Source: an uncultured Anaerotruncus sp. (GTDB taxonomy: Bacteria; Bacillota; Clostridia; Oscillospirales; CAG-272). From it: a stretch of 56,966 nt of DNA. This document shows positions 19,181-28,987 of the stretch, piece by piece; position 1 is the stretch's first letter; every line of letters begins with the position of its first letter. The stretch spans positions 1 to 56,966 of the forward strand of contig CAJLZE010000003.1 of the NCBI GenBank assembly GCA_905210995.1, written 5' to 3'. The position numbers were made by a program, and so were the translations under genes. Below the pieces are notes generated by a model. It saw only the letters and a program-made list of their open reading frames with translations, had not been told where the DNA came from and did no database searches.

Positions 19181-20305
19181 ATGAACAATGAAAAGCTTGT
19201 AGAGCTTCGCTCAGTCTCCAAGGAATTCGACGGCGAGCAGGTGCTCCGCTCCGTCAGCCTCGACGTTCACAACGAGGAATTCGTCACTCTGCTCGGCCCC
19301 TCCGGCTGCGGCAAAACCACCACCCTCCGCATAATAGGCGGATTTGTCACCCCAGACTCGGGTGACGTCATCTTTGAGGGCAAACGCATCAACGACCTAC
19401 CTCCGTACAAACGACAGGTCAATACCGTTTTCCAACGCTATGCGCTCTTCCCTCACCTCAACGTCTACGAAAATATCGCCTTCGGTCTGCGTCTTAAAAA
19501 AATGTCGGACGCCGACATACGCACAGAAGTAAAACGTATGCTGTCGCTCGTAAATCTCAAGGGCTTTGAGACACGCAAAGTGACCAATCTCTCGGGCGGT
19601 CAGCAGCAGCGCGTGGCAATAGCACGCGCACTCATAAACCGTCCGCGCCTGCTCCTTCTCGATGAGCCGCTCGGCGCTCTTGACCTCAAGCTGCGCAAGG
19701 ATATGCAGATAGAGCTGAAGCAGATGCAGCGCCAGACCGGCATAACATTCATTTATGTTACGCACGATCAGGAGGAAGCCCTCTCTATGTCCGACACCAT
19801 AGTTGTAATGGCAGACGGTAAGATACAGCAGATAGGCACTCCCGAAAAAATATACAACGAGCCCGAAAACGCCTTCGTTGCGGATTTCATCGGCGAGTCG
19901 AACATCGTATCCGGTGTTATGAACGAGGACTATCTCGTGTCCTTCGCAGGTCAGAAGTTCCGCTGCGAGGACCGCGGCTTTGCCAAGAATGAGCCCGTTG
20001 ATGTCGTTGTACGCCCCGAGGATATCGACATAGTTCCCGTCGGAGAGAGCATGCTGACCGGTGAGGTCACCGGCGTGACCTTCAAGGGCGACTATTATGA
20101 GGTCATAGCCGACATTGACAATTTCAAATGGATGATCGAAACGACCGACCGCTTTGCGCCGGGGCAGACCATAGGCATATCCATCGACCCCAATGAGATA
20201 CAGGTCATGAGAAAGTCGGAATACTCCGGCAAGTTCGGCGATTATTCCACCTTCAGCGACGAAATGGATCACCTTTCCGATATTCCGGAGGAGGAAGAAG
20301 AATGA
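19181..20305 (+). CDS. potA: spermidine/putrescine ABC transporter ATP-binding protein
   Basis: Walker [19 protein letters not shown], Walker B LLLLDEP, TOBE-like C-terminus. ATG at 19181 follows AAAGGA. The ORF-track start at 19112 is an upstream extension. Confidence 0.88.
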   Translation: MNNEKLVELRSVSKEFDGEQVLRSVSLDVHNEEFVTLLGPSGCGKTTTLRIIGGFVTPDSGDVIFEGKRINDLPPYKRQVNTVFQRYALFPHLNVYENIAFGLRLKKMSDADIRTEVKRMLSLVNLKGFETRKVTNLSGGQQQRVAIARALINRPRLLLLDEPLGALDLKLRKDMQIELKQMQRQTGITFIYVTHDQEEALSMSDTIVVMADGKIQQIGTPEKIYNEPENAFVADFIGESNIVSGVMNEDYLVSFAGQKFRCEDRGFAKNEPVDVVVRPEDIDIVPVGESMLTGEVTGVTFKGDYYEVIADIDNFKWMIETTDRFAPGQTIGISIDPNEIQVMRKSEYSGKFGDYSTFSDEMDHLSDIPEEEEE

Positions 20306-21135
20306 CCCGCAAAAAAGACTTCTTCCGTTCGGCTGCGGCTGCGCCGCACATCGTGTGGATGGTGCTTTTCATAGTCGCCCCGCTTCTGTTCGTTATCTAC
20401 TACGCATTCACCGACAGTGAGGGAAAGTTCACATTTGACAACATCACCTCGCTTGCCGATTATTCCGAGACGTTTCTGCTCTCGGTATGCTTTGCGATAA
20501 TCGCCACCGTCGTGTGCCTTCTTGTCGCATATCCGCTTGCATACGCAATCTCACGCACCGGCGCACGCACACAAAGGGCTCTTCTTATGCTTGCCATGCT
20601 GCCGATGTGGATGAACCTGCTCATACGCACATATTCCATGCTCGCCATCCTTGACGACGGCGGATTTGTAAACCGTCTCATAACCTCTCTCGGTCTGCCC
20701 GAGATACATTTCATAGGCACTCCCGGAGCGGTCATATTCGGAATGGTATACAACTTCTTCCCGTATATGCTGCTCCCCATCTACACCTCCATGTCAAAAA
20801 TGGATGTCCGCCTTATCGAAGCGGCGCAGGATCTCGGCTGCAACAGCCTCGGTGTGCTCCGCAACGTGATATTCCCTCTCTCCGCCTCCGGCGTTCTCTC
20901 CGGAGTCACGATGGTATTTGTTCCGTCGATCAGCACCTTCTACATCTCGCAAAAGCTCGGCGGCGGCACGTTCGACCTCATCGGTGATACGATAGAGCGC
21001 CAGTTCCAGCGCCCCGACACATATAATGTCGGAGCCGCGATATCTCTCGTAATGATGATCCTTATCCTCATCTCGATCGCGATAATGAATCACTTTGCGG
21101 GCGACAACAGCGCAGACGGAGGTGTAATGGTATGA
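20302..21135 (+). CDS. potB: spermidine/putrescine ABC transporter permease
   Basis: 6-TM permease with EAA loop ([21 protein letters not shown]). Its start overlaps the potA stop. Confidence 0.85.
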   Translation: MTRKKDFFRSAAAAPHIVWMVLFIVAPLLFVIYYAFTDSEGKFTFDNITSLADYSETFLLSVCFAIIATVVCLLVAYPLAYAISRTGARTQRALLMLAMLPMWMNLLIRTYSMLAILDDGGFVNRLITSLGLPEIHFIGTPGAVIFGMVYNFFPYMLLPIYTSMSKMDVRLIEAAQDLGCNSLGVLRNVIFPLSASGVLSGVTMVFVPSISTFYISQKLGGGTFDLIGDTIERQFQRPDTYNVGAAISLVMMILILISIAIMNHFAGDNSADGGVMV

Positions 21136-21962
21136 AACATCTCTCACGCGTGTTTATTGCGATCTGCTTTATCATCCTCTATGCCCCGATACTTGTGCTC
21201 ATGCTCTTCTCCTTCAACAGCACCGCAAGCACGGGAGTATTCTCCGGCTTTTCGCTCTACTGGTACGGTGAGCTGTTCAAAAGCGGAGACGTGTTCAATG
21301 CTTTAAGGAACACACTGATACTCGCCGTCACCTCGTCACTCACGGCGACCGTCATAGGCACCTGCGCCGCTGTGGGTCTTGACCGTATGCGCTCACGCCG
21401 TATGCGCGGCATAGTAAGCTCGGTCACGAACGTCCCGATGATGAACCCCGATATCGTAACCGGCGTTTCGATGATGCTTCTGTTCGTTTTCGTCGGTACC
21501 CTCATCGGCGCTACCGAGGACAAGCTCAACTTCTGGACTCTATTCATCGCGCACGTCACCTTCAACCTGCCCTATGTCATACTCAATGTTTCGCCCAAGC
21601 TCCGCCAGATGGACCGCAACCTGCCCGAAGCCGCACTTGACCTCGGCTGCACACCGCTCCAGTCATTTTTCAAGGTAGAGCTCCCCGCGATACTGCCCGG
21701 CGTTCTCAGCGGACTTATCATGGCGTTCACCCTGTCGCTCGACGACTTCGTGATAAGCTATTTCACCTCGGGCAGCGACTTCCAGACGCTCCCCATACTC
21801 ATCTATTCGATGACGAAAAAGGAAGTCAAGCCGGACATTTACGCGCTTTCTACCCTTATCATCATCACGATCCTTGTCCTTCTGCTACTCTCCAACTTCA
21901 TCGGCAGCCGTTCCGATGCGCACGGGAAAAGCAAAAAGGCAAAAAAGGAGGCGGGCAACTGA
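21132..21962 (+). CDS. potC: spermidine/putrescine ABC transporter permease
   Basis: 6-TM permease with EAA loop (PEAALDLGCTPLQSFFKVELP). ATGA overlap with potB. Confidence 0.85.
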   Translation: MKHLSRVFIAICFIILYAPILVLMLFSFNSTASTGVFSGFSLYWYGELFKSGDVFNALRNTLILAVTSSLTATVIGTCAAVGLDRMRSRRMRGIVSSVTNVPMMNPDIVTGVSMMLLFVFVGTLIGATEDKLNFWTLFIAHVTFNLPYVILNVSPKLRQMDRNLPEAALDLGCTPLQSFFKVELPAILPGVLSGLIMAFTLSLDDFVISYFTSGSDFQTLPILIYSMTKKEVKPDIYALSTLIIITILVLLLLSNFIGSRSDAHGKSKKAKKEAGN

Positions 21963-23188
21963 TGAAAAGCATCAAAAAAACTATTGCGGTGATCCTTGCC
22001 GCCGTCGTTCTCGCCGCGGTCTCGGCTCCGCTCCTCACATCCTGCGGGAGTGACGGCGCGGTAACGCTCAACGTCTATAACTGGGGCGAATATATTTCCG
22101 ACGGCTCGGAGGATTCGTTTGACACGAACGCCGAATTTGAAAAATGGTATTTTGAGAACTACGGCAAAAAGGTAAAGGTCAACTATACCACATATGCCTC
22201 AAACGAGGATATGTACGCCAAGCTCAAAAGCGGCGCGGTGAAATATGACATCATAGTACCCTCCGACTATATGATAGAGCTGATGATAGAGGAGGATATG
22301 CTCGAGGAGATCAACTTCGCAAACATTCCGAACTATCGGTATATCGCCGACGAATACCGCGGACTTTTCTATGACCCCGACGACAAATATTCGGTACCAT
22401 ACACCTACGGCATGGTAGGGATCATCTACAACACCTCTATGGTAGAGGGCACGCCCGAAAGCTGGAATCTTATGTGGGACGAAAACTACCGCGGAAAGAT
22501 ACTCAACTTCAACAACCCGCGCGACGCATTCGGAACAGCCATGTACCGGCTCGGCATCGACGTCAACACTACGTCGCACGCCGACTGGGATGCGGCATAC
22601 GAGGCGCTGAAAGAGCAGAAGCCGCTGGTGCAGAGCTATGTCATGGATGAGGTCTTCAACAAAATGAAGGGTGCCTCAGCCGCGATCGCGCCCTACTACG
22701 CGGGCGATTTTCTGACCATGTACGGAGACAATGAGGATCTTGCCTTCTATTATCCCAAGGAGGGTACAAACGTCTTTGTCGATGCCGTGTGCATCCCCAA
22801 GGGAACACAGCACAAAGACATCGCAGAGGCATATATAAACTTCCTGCTCTCCGAGGAACCGGCTGTCGCAAATGCCGAATACATCGGATACGCCTCGCCC
22901 AATACTCTCGTGCGCGAAAGTGAGGATTACGCCGAGGCAATGAATGAGATGCACCCCGACGCATACAACATCCTTTACCCCGACAACGTGGATTTTCTCG
23001 CCACTTACTATCAGAATCTTTCAAACGAAACGCGTGATTACATGAATTCGCGCTGGGAGGATCTGAAGATAGAAAGCTCTGTCGGCGGAGGCATCTATAT
23101 CACGAGCGCCGTGATACTTGTACTGCTTGCGATATGGGCGGGCGCCAATGCGATAAAGAAGAAATACCGCGCAAGATTCTACGAATAA
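21962..23188 (+). CDS. potD: spermidine/putrescine-binding lipoprotein with an extra C-terminal TM helix
   Basis: Lipobox LLTSC. PotD/PotF-type body (LNVYNWGEYI...). C-terminal GIYITSAVILVLLAIWAGANAI + KKKYRARFYE. Confidence 0.82.
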   Translation: MKSIKKTIAVILAAVVLAAVSAPLLTSCGSDGAVTLNVYNWGEYISDGSEDSFDTNAEFEKWYFENYGKKVKVNYTTYASNEDMYAKLKSGAVKYDIIVPSDYMIELMIEEDMLEEINFANIPNYRYIADEYRGLFYDPDDKYSVPYTYGMVGIIYNTSMVEGTPESWNLMWDENYRGKILNFNNPRDAFGTAMYRLGIDVNTTSHADWDAAYEALKEQKPLVQSYVMDEVFNKMKGASAAIAPYYAGDFLTMYGDNEDLAFYYPKEGTNVFVDAVCIPKGTQHKDIAEAYINFLLSEEPAVANAEYIGYASPNTLVRESEDYAEAMNEMHPDAYNILYPDNVDFLATYYQNLSNETRDYMNSRWEDLKIESSVGGGIYITSAVILVLLAIWAGANAIKKKYRARFYE

Positions 23189-23203
23189 AAAAGGAGACGG
23201 CAC

Positions 23204-23926
23204 ATGAACGCACGCAAAACACTTTCAAGAATACTCACCGGTCTCATATTCATTGTGATCGGCATCGGCTACGTTGGCAAATTTGCAGGCATATGGCCGG
23301 AATTCACTGTTTTCTTCCCCGGTTGGTGGACACTTTTCATCATCATCCCCATGCTCTTCTCGGTCGTGAACGACGGCCCTGGAGTGTTCAATGTGGCTGT
23401 TCTTCTGATCGGAGTAGCTCTGCTGCTTTCAAACGACGCATACGGGATCATAGAATTCAAGCAGTTCATCTGGATAGCGCTTGCAGCCCTTCTGATCCTT
23501 ATCGGGATACGCATCATCTTTGAGCCTTCGATACGCCGCGCAAAGTACAACCGCACTCTGCGGGCAACACAGCCGGAAGGCACATACTACGCCGACTCCG
23601 ACGGAAAAAAGAAGGTGAATATCAACTTTTCAAGCTCCACCGAAAATTTCGACGGTCAGGTCTTTGAAGGTGCCGATGCCTCGGTGTCCTTCGGCGAGAT
23701 CACCCTCGACCTGCGCGGAGCGACCTTCACGCACGACACCGCCATCAACGCAAATGCTTCGTTCGGAACAGTGAAGATACTTCTCCCCGCCAACATCAAT
23801 ATAAAGCTTGAAACATCATCACTGTTCGGCGCGGTCAACAACCGCCATATCAATCCCGCACAAAGCGGGCTGCCCACGGTCTTTATCAATGCCGGCGCAT
23901 CATTCGGTTCGGTAGATATAAGCTGA
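23204..23926 (+). CDS. LiaF-like (cell wall-active antibiotic response, DUF2154) membrane protein
   Basis: Four N-terminal TM helices. C-terminal repetitive beta-rich region (DASVSFGEITLDLRGATF...ASFGTVKILLPANINIKLETSSLFGAV). Confidence 0.6.
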   Translation: MNARKTLSRILTGLIFIVIGIGYVGKFAGIWPEFTVFFPGWWTLFIIIPMLFSVVNDGPGVFNVAVLLIGVALLLSNDAYGIIEFKQFIWIALAALLILIGIRIIFEPSIRRAKYNRTLRATQPEGTYYADSDGKKKVNINFSSSTENFDGQVFEGADASVSFGEITLDLRGATFTHDTAINANASFGTVKILLPANINIKLETSSLFGAVNNRHINPAQSGLPTVFINAGASFGSVDIS

Positions 23927-23975
23927 CCGCAAGGCAAACAAACGGCAGGCCCCGCAGGCAATGCCGTATGCGTAA

Positions 23976-24020
23976 AACAAGTGTGGACCGCGCTGTGGCG
24001 CGGTCCACACTTGTTTTTTT
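23976..24020 (+). terminator. intrinsic terminator after the LiaF-like gene
   Basis: AACAAGTGTGGACCGCGC-TGTG-GCGCGGTCCACACTTGTT followed by TTTTT. Confidence 0.85.
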
Positions 24021-24116
24021 GCTTCCGGTGTGATATAATTATGGCAAAAAGGATCGTCGGTCACGGCGTGAGAACAATGCGGCAGCAAAGGAAATGCCGA
24101 GTGCGGAGGTGCGTCA

Positions 24117-24788
24117 ATGTACAGACTTATGATAATCGAAGATGACGCCGGGATCGCCGGTGCCGTTGCCGGATATGCGGCGTCGTGGGACTTTGAAATC
24201 CGCTGCGCCGAAAACTTCCGTAACATCGTCGGCGAATTCGCCGAATTTCAGCCGCACATCGTGCTGTTGGATATTTCGCTTCCCTTCTTCAACGGATACC
24301 ACTGGTGCGGAGAGATACGCAAGGTGTCAAACGTGCCCATCATTTTCATCTCCTCGGCATCCGACAACATGAACATAGTAATGGCAATGACAATGGGCGG
24401 CGACGATTTCATAGCCAAGCCCTTCGACCTGTCGGTGCTTATGGCAAAGGTACAGGCGCTTTTGCGCCGTTCGTATGACTTTGCACCATCGGCTCCGGTG
24501 CTTGAATACCGCGGCGCCATACTCAGCACCGGCGACAACACGCTGACATACAAGGGAGACAAGATACCTCTCACAAAAAACGAATACCGCATTCTTCTCT
24601 GCCTCATGGAGTGCCGCGGCAAGGTCGTCAGCCGCGAAAAGCTGATGGAACGCCTGTGGGAGACGGATGCATTCGTGGATGAAAACACGCTGACGGTAAA
24701 TGTGAACCGCCTGCGCAGAAAGCTTGACGCAGCAGATCTCGGCGGTTTTATAACAACAAAATTCGGGGTGGGATATATCATTGAGTGA
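24117..24788 (+). CDS. OmpR-family response regulator (BceR-like)
   Basis: Receiver domain (MIIEDD..., IVLLDISLP) plus a winged-helix C-terminus (LTKNEYRILLCLME...TVNVNRLRRKL). Confidence 0.88.
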   Translation: MYRLMIIEDDAGIAGAVAGYAASWDFEIRCAENFRNIVGEFAEFQPHIVLLDISLPFFNGYHWCGEIRKVSNVPIIFISSASDNMNIVMAMTMGGDDFIAKPFDLSVLMAKVQALLRRSYDFAPSAPVLEYRGAILSTGDNTLTYKGDKIPLTKNEYRILLCLMECRGKVVSREKLMERLWETDAFVDENTLTVNVNRLRRKLDAADLGGFITTKFGVGYIIE

Positions 24789-25803
24789 ACCGAAAAAACA
24801 CGACGGACGTGACGTATACGAATTTTTTCTGAAATATCTCCGCGCGCGGCGCATTGGGATCATAGCATATGCCGTCTGCTGCGCGATATTCGCGTTGACA
24901 TTCGCGCTTTACCGCCTCCCCGTTATGGCAGTGCTCTACCCTCTGCTGCTTTCGGCGATAATCTCCGCGTGCGCCGTCGCTTGCAGCTTTTCGCGCGCTC
25001 TCGATCGTCACCGCAGGCTTTGTGAAATAAAAAAACTCACCGCCGCAACGCTGTCGGAGCTGCCCCCGCTTACGTACGACACCGACGAGGATTACGCGGA
25101 TATCATAGAAATGCTCCGCCGCGAGGCGATCGTGACGGGCGAACGGGCGCTCGGGCAGCACCGCGACACGGTGGATTATTACACGGTATGGGCACATCAG
25201 ATAAAAACTCCGATAGCCTCAATGCGGCTGACGCTCTCCGGCGAGGATTCGGACCTCTCTCGCCGGCTCTCGTCAGAGCTTTCACGCATTGAGCAATATG
25301 TGGAGATGGTGCTCGCATACCTGCGGCTCGACTCCGAGTCGGGCGATTATGTCTTTCGCGAATACGACCTTGATGCGATAGTGCGGCGTTCGGTGCGCCG
25401 CTTTTCGGGTGACTTCATTACGAAAAAACTGAGGCTCGAATATTCACCCATCTCAAAAAAGATCGTGACCGACGAAAAATGGCTGTCGTTCGTCATAGAG
25501 CAGGTGCTGTCAAACGCACTCAAATACACCCGCCGCGGAAGCGTGAGCATATACATGGACGGCGACCGCCTGATAATAAAGGATACGGGCATAGGGATAG
25601 CGCCGGAGGATCTGCCGCGCATATTCGAAAAGGGCTACACCGGCTGCAACGGACGCACGGATATGCGTGCCAGCGGCATAGGGCTTTACCTCTGCCGCCG
25701 CATATGCGAAAAGCTGTCCGTCGGCATCAGCGCCGAGTCGTTGCCCGGCGCCGGCACCTCGGTAATACTCGACGTGAGCCAGTATGAGCTGCGCGCGGAA
25801 TGA
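24781..25803 (+). CDS. intramembrane-sensing histidine kinase (BceS-like)
   Basis: TTG start overlapping the regulator stop. Two TM helices with almost no external loop. H-box WAHQIKTPIASM, N box LSNALKYT, G box DTGIGI. Confidence 0.85.
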   Translation: MSEPKKHDGRDVYEFFLKYLRARRIGIIAYAVCCAIFALTFALYRLPVMAVLYPLLLSAIISACAVACSFSRALDRHRRLCEIKKLTAATLSELPPLTYDTDEDYADIIEMLRREAIVTGERALGQHRDTVDYYTVWAHQIKTPIASMRLTLSGEDSDLSRRLSSELSRIEQYVEMVLAYLRLDSESGDYVFREYDLDAIVRRSVRRFSGDFITKKLRLEYSPISKKIVTDEKWLSFVIEQVLSNALKYTRRGSVSIYMDGDRLIIKDTGIGIAPEDLPRIFEKGYTGCNGRTDMRASGIGLYLCRRICEKLSVGISAESLPGAGTSVILDVSQYELRAE

Positions 25804-25811
25804 CATCTTAC

Positions 25812-25881
25812 GAAAATGTTAGATTTGCCCCGGGAAATGTAAGGCAATATCATTGCCCTGCATTTCCCTTTTCGGTATAAT
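25812..25881 (+). promoter_or_regulatory. candidate response-regulator-dependent promoter of the ABC transporter genes
   Basis: Direct repeats GAAAATGTTAG (25812-25822) and GGAAATGTAAG (25833-25843), 21 nt apart. Then a weak -35 TTGCCC (25853-25858), 17 nt, and TATAAT (25876-25881). Confidence 0.4.
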
Positions 25882-25960
25882 TAATGCGTAAGAAAAATTC
25901 GGTATTTACGCATCGCATTCCGCCGTGACAATGCGGAAAGCAAAAAGGAGAAAACAGTAA

Positions 25961-26728
25961 ATGAATAACATTCTTGATGTCAGGGGACTTAAAAAGGTCT
26001 ATGTCACCCGCCTCGGCGGCAATAAGGTCGAAGCGCTGAAAAACGTAAATTTCAGCGTTGCAGCCGGCGAATACGTCGCCGTAATGGGCGAATCCGGCTC
26101 GGGCAAAACAACGCTGCTGAATATTCTCGCCGCACTTGACAAGCCCACTGCGGGCAGCGTCGTGCTTGACGGAAAGGATCTTTCGACCGTAAAGGAATCC
26201 GATATCGCAGCCTTCCGCCGCGACAACCTCGGCTTCGTGTTTCAGGATTTCAACCTGCTCGACACCTTCACCGTTGAGGACAATATCTATCTTCCCCTCG
26301 TGCTCGCGGGCAAGCCATACCGAGAAATGAACGCCAAGATCGCGCCGATTGCCGAAAAGCTCGGCATCACCGATCTTCTCAAAAAATATCCGTATGAGAT
26401 ATCCGGCGGTCAGAAGCAACGTGCGGCTGTGGCGCGCGCTCTGATAACCTCGCCCAAGCTGATACTTGCCGACGAGCCTACCGGCGCCCTCGATTCAAAA
26501 GCCACCGACGAGCTTCTCGGGCTTTTCCGGGCGATAAACCGCACCGGGCAGACCATAATCATGGTCACGCATTCGGTCAAGGCGGCGAGCTCTGCGGGAC
26601 GCGTGCTCTTTATAAAAGACGGCGAGGTGTTTCATCAGCTCTATCGCGGCGACTCTTCGGACGAGCAGCTCTACAGCAAGATATCAGACACTCTCACTCT
26701 GCTTGCGACCGGCGGTGATGCAAGATGA
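25961..26728 (+). CDS. ABC transporter ATP-binding protein (BceA-like)
   Basis: Walker A GESGSGKTT, signature ISGGQKQRAAVARAL, Walker B LILADEPTGALD. Confidence 0.88.
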   Translation: MNNILDVRGLKKVYVTRLGGNKVEALKNVNFSVAAGEYVAVMGESGSGKTTLLNILAALDKPTAGSVVLDGKDLSTVKESDIAAFRRDNLGFVFQDFNLLDTFTVEDNIYLPLVLAGKPYREMNAKIAPIAEKLGITDLLKKYPYEISGGQKQRAAVARALITSPKLILADEPTGALDSKATDELLGLFRAINRTGQTIIMVTHSVKAASSAGRVLFIKDGEVFHQLYRGDSSDEQLYSKISDTLTLLATGGDAR

Positions 26729-28782
26729 AGATCGGTTTTTATCCTCGTCTTGCCGCAGACGGCATGCGAAAAAACAAGCGGCTGTACCTTCCCTACATCC
26801 TCACCTGCACGGGCATGGTGATGATGTATTATATCGTCACCTTTCTGCAATACTCGAACGCGGTTTCGGCGTTGCCGGGCGGCGCAACGATAACGGCGAT
26901 GATGGGACTCGGCAGCTGGATCATTGCCGCATTTGCGGTGCTGTTCCTGTTCTACACCAACTCATTTCTCATCAGGCGCCGAAAAAAGGAATTCGGACTT
27001 TACAATATCCTCGGCATGGGCAAGGCGAATATTGGGATCATCCTCTTCTTTGAGACGCTTATCATCGCCGTTATCTCCGTCCTCATCGGGCTTACCGCAG
27101 GCATCGTTCTTTCAAAGCTCGCCGAGCTGGGGCTCGTGAGCGTCATGAACGGAAACGTGACCTATGACCTTTCGGTGTCCCCCATCGGCATCATAATGTC
27201 GATAGGCATCTTCGGCGCGATATTCCTGCTCATATACCTCAATTCTCTCAGGCAGATCAGAAAAAACAGCGCCATATCGCTCATGAGAAGCGAAAACAAC
27301 GGCGAACGTCCGCCAAAGGGCAACTGGTTCATCGGCACGCTCGGCATAGTCGTGCTTGCGGTCGCCTACTATATCGCGGCAACGATAAAAAGCCCCGTTA
27401 CAGCACTTTTTCTCTTCTTTGTCGCCGTTATCATGGTCATTGCCGCAACATACATGATAATGATATCCGGCTCGGTGCTTCTCTGCCGCATACTCAAGAA
27501 GAACAAAAATTACTACTATAAGCCGAATCACTTTGTCTCGGTATCGTCGATGGCATACCGCATGAAGCGCAACGGCGCCGGGCTTGCCTCTATATGCATA
27601 CTCGCCACAATGGTGCTCGTCATGATATCCTCGACCTCATGCCTTCATTTCGGAGCCGAGGATGCACTGAATGTGCGCTTTCCGCGTGACCTCAATCTTT
27701 CATATCAGATGACCGATATAGAGGCGCTCAACGACCAAAATATCAGCGCATTCAGGAACGCCATACTCAAAGCTGCCGACGGCGCTCACAGCAAAGCGGA
27801 AAACGTGATCGACTGGCGCAGCGTTTCGGCTACCGGCTACCTTGACGGCAATGAGGTCGAAACCGACAGACAGAATTTTTCCGATTCCGAATTGCTCGGC
27901 GACATTGAAAATGTATTCAACTTTTATTTCATCCCGCTTGCCGATTACAACGCGATGACAGGCTCCGACGAAACGCTCGTGGACGGCGAGGCGATAATCG
28001 CCACATACCGCACATCATACACCGAGGATACCATTTCGTTCAGGCACGGCAGGAGCTTCAAGGTCAAAAAACAGGTGTCGCAGTTCGCGCGCAGTCAGGA
28101 AATAGTCACCGATATCGTAGGCACTGTCACCGTCATAGTCCCCGATATAGTTGAAGCAACAAAGGAGCTTGCCGAATACCGCAACGAGCACGCGGGAACG
28201 CTCCTGATACCACGCTGGCAGTATTCGTTTGACACGGGACTTGACGAGGACTCGCAGCGTGAGGTCTTTCTTGCCGTGCTCGACGGCAAAGACCTTCACG
28301 GCCCGGAATTTGAAAAGCAATACAGCGTACTGTCACGCTCCATCGAATGGCGCGTCGCCAACCGCGACGATTTTTACGCGACATACGGCGGCTTCTTCTA
28401 CCTCGGTATAATTCTCAGCATAGTATTCATATTTGCCGCAGTGCTGATGATATACTACAAACAGATATCCGAGGGCTATGAGGATCAGGCACGCTTCCGC
28501 ATAATGCAGAACGTCGGCATGACGAAAAAGGAGATCCGCAGGAGCATAAACTCTCAGCTCCTCACGGTCTTTTTCCTGCCGCTCGCGCTTGCCGGCTTGC
28601 ACCTTGCTTTTGCATTTCCCATTATAAACAAGCTGCTCTGGCTCTTCAACTTCAGCAATGTCCTGCTCTTCAGCCTAACGACGCTCATAACCTTTGCGGT
28701 ATTTGCGCTTTTCTACACTCTGATATACCGCATAACCTCAAACGCTTACTACAATATCGTAAGCGATGCAAAAGATGAATGA
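26725..28782 (+). CDS. FtsX-family ABC transporter permease (BceB-like)
   Basis: 685 aa, about 10 TM helices with a large soluble loop in the middle. ATGA overlap with the ATPase gene. Confidence 0.85.
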   Translation: MKIGFYPRLAADGMRKNKRLYLPYILTCTGMVMMYYIVTFLQYSNAVSALPGGATITAMMGLGSWIIAAFAVLFLFYTNSFLIRRRKKEFGLYNILGMGKANIGIILFFETLIIAVISVLIGLTAGIVLSKLAELGLVSVMNGNVTYDLSVSPIGIIMSIGIFGAIFLLIYLNSLRQIRKNSAISLMRSENNGERPPKGNWFIGTLGIVVLAVAYYIAATIKSPVTALFLFFVAVIMVIAATYMIMISGSVLLCRILKKNKNYYYKPNHFVSVSSMAYRMKRNGAGLASICILATMVLVMISSTSCLHFGAEDALNVRFPRDLNLSYQMTDIEALNDQNISAFRNAILKAADGAHSKAENVIDWRSVSATGYLDGNEVETDRQNFSDSELLGDIENVFNFYFIPLADYNAMTGSDETLVDGEAIIATYRTSYTEDTISFRHGRSFKVKKQVSQFARSQEIVTDIVGTVTVIVPDIVEATKELAEYRNEHAGTLLIPRWQYSFDTGLDEDSQREVFLAVLDGKDLHGPEFEKQYSVLSRSIEWRVANRDDFYATYGGFFYLGIILSIVFIFAAVLMIYYKQISEGYEDQARFRIMQNVGMTKKEIRRSINSQLLTVFFLPLALAGLHLAFAFPIINKLLWLFNFSNVLLFSLTTLITFAVFALFYTLIYRITSNAYYNIVSDAKDE

Positions 28783-28786
28783 GACC

Positions 28787-28945
28787 ATGGATGTTTCCAA
28801 AAAACTACGCCGGATAGCATCCGGCACACTGTTCGGGCTGGGGCTTGCCGTCATAGGCGTGCTTGCCATCCCCGCAGTGATCATAATAGGAGTGATCGTG
28901 ATGATCTGGAACGTGATCGACAAGATCATGAACGCGCTCGAATAA
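28787..28945 (+). CDS. 52-aa single-TM small protein (not in the ORF track)
   Basis: The ATG lies 5 nt after the bceB-like stop. Translation: MDVSKKLRRIASGTLFGLGLAVIGVLAIPAVIIIGVIVMIWNVIDKIMNALE. It ends just before the terminator at 28946-28987. Confidence 0.45.
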   Translation: MDVSKKLRRIASGTLFGLGLAVIGVLAIPAVIIIGVIVMIWNVIDKIMNALE

Positions 28946-28987
28946 CGAATAAACGGTGCCGCGCATTTGCGCAGCACCGTTTATTCG
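28946..28987. terminator. bidirectional terminator (Bce module / LacI gene)
   Basis: CGAATAAACGGTGCCGCGC-ATTT-GCGCAGCACCGTTTATTCG hairpin with one mismatch. Confidence 0.75.

Noticed and set aside
28738-28977. 79-aa minus-strand ORF after the BceB-like gene
   Set aside because: It overlaps the permease stop and the terminator hairpin. Its hydrophobicity mirrors the plus-strand 52-codon TM ORF, which fits the operon direction better.
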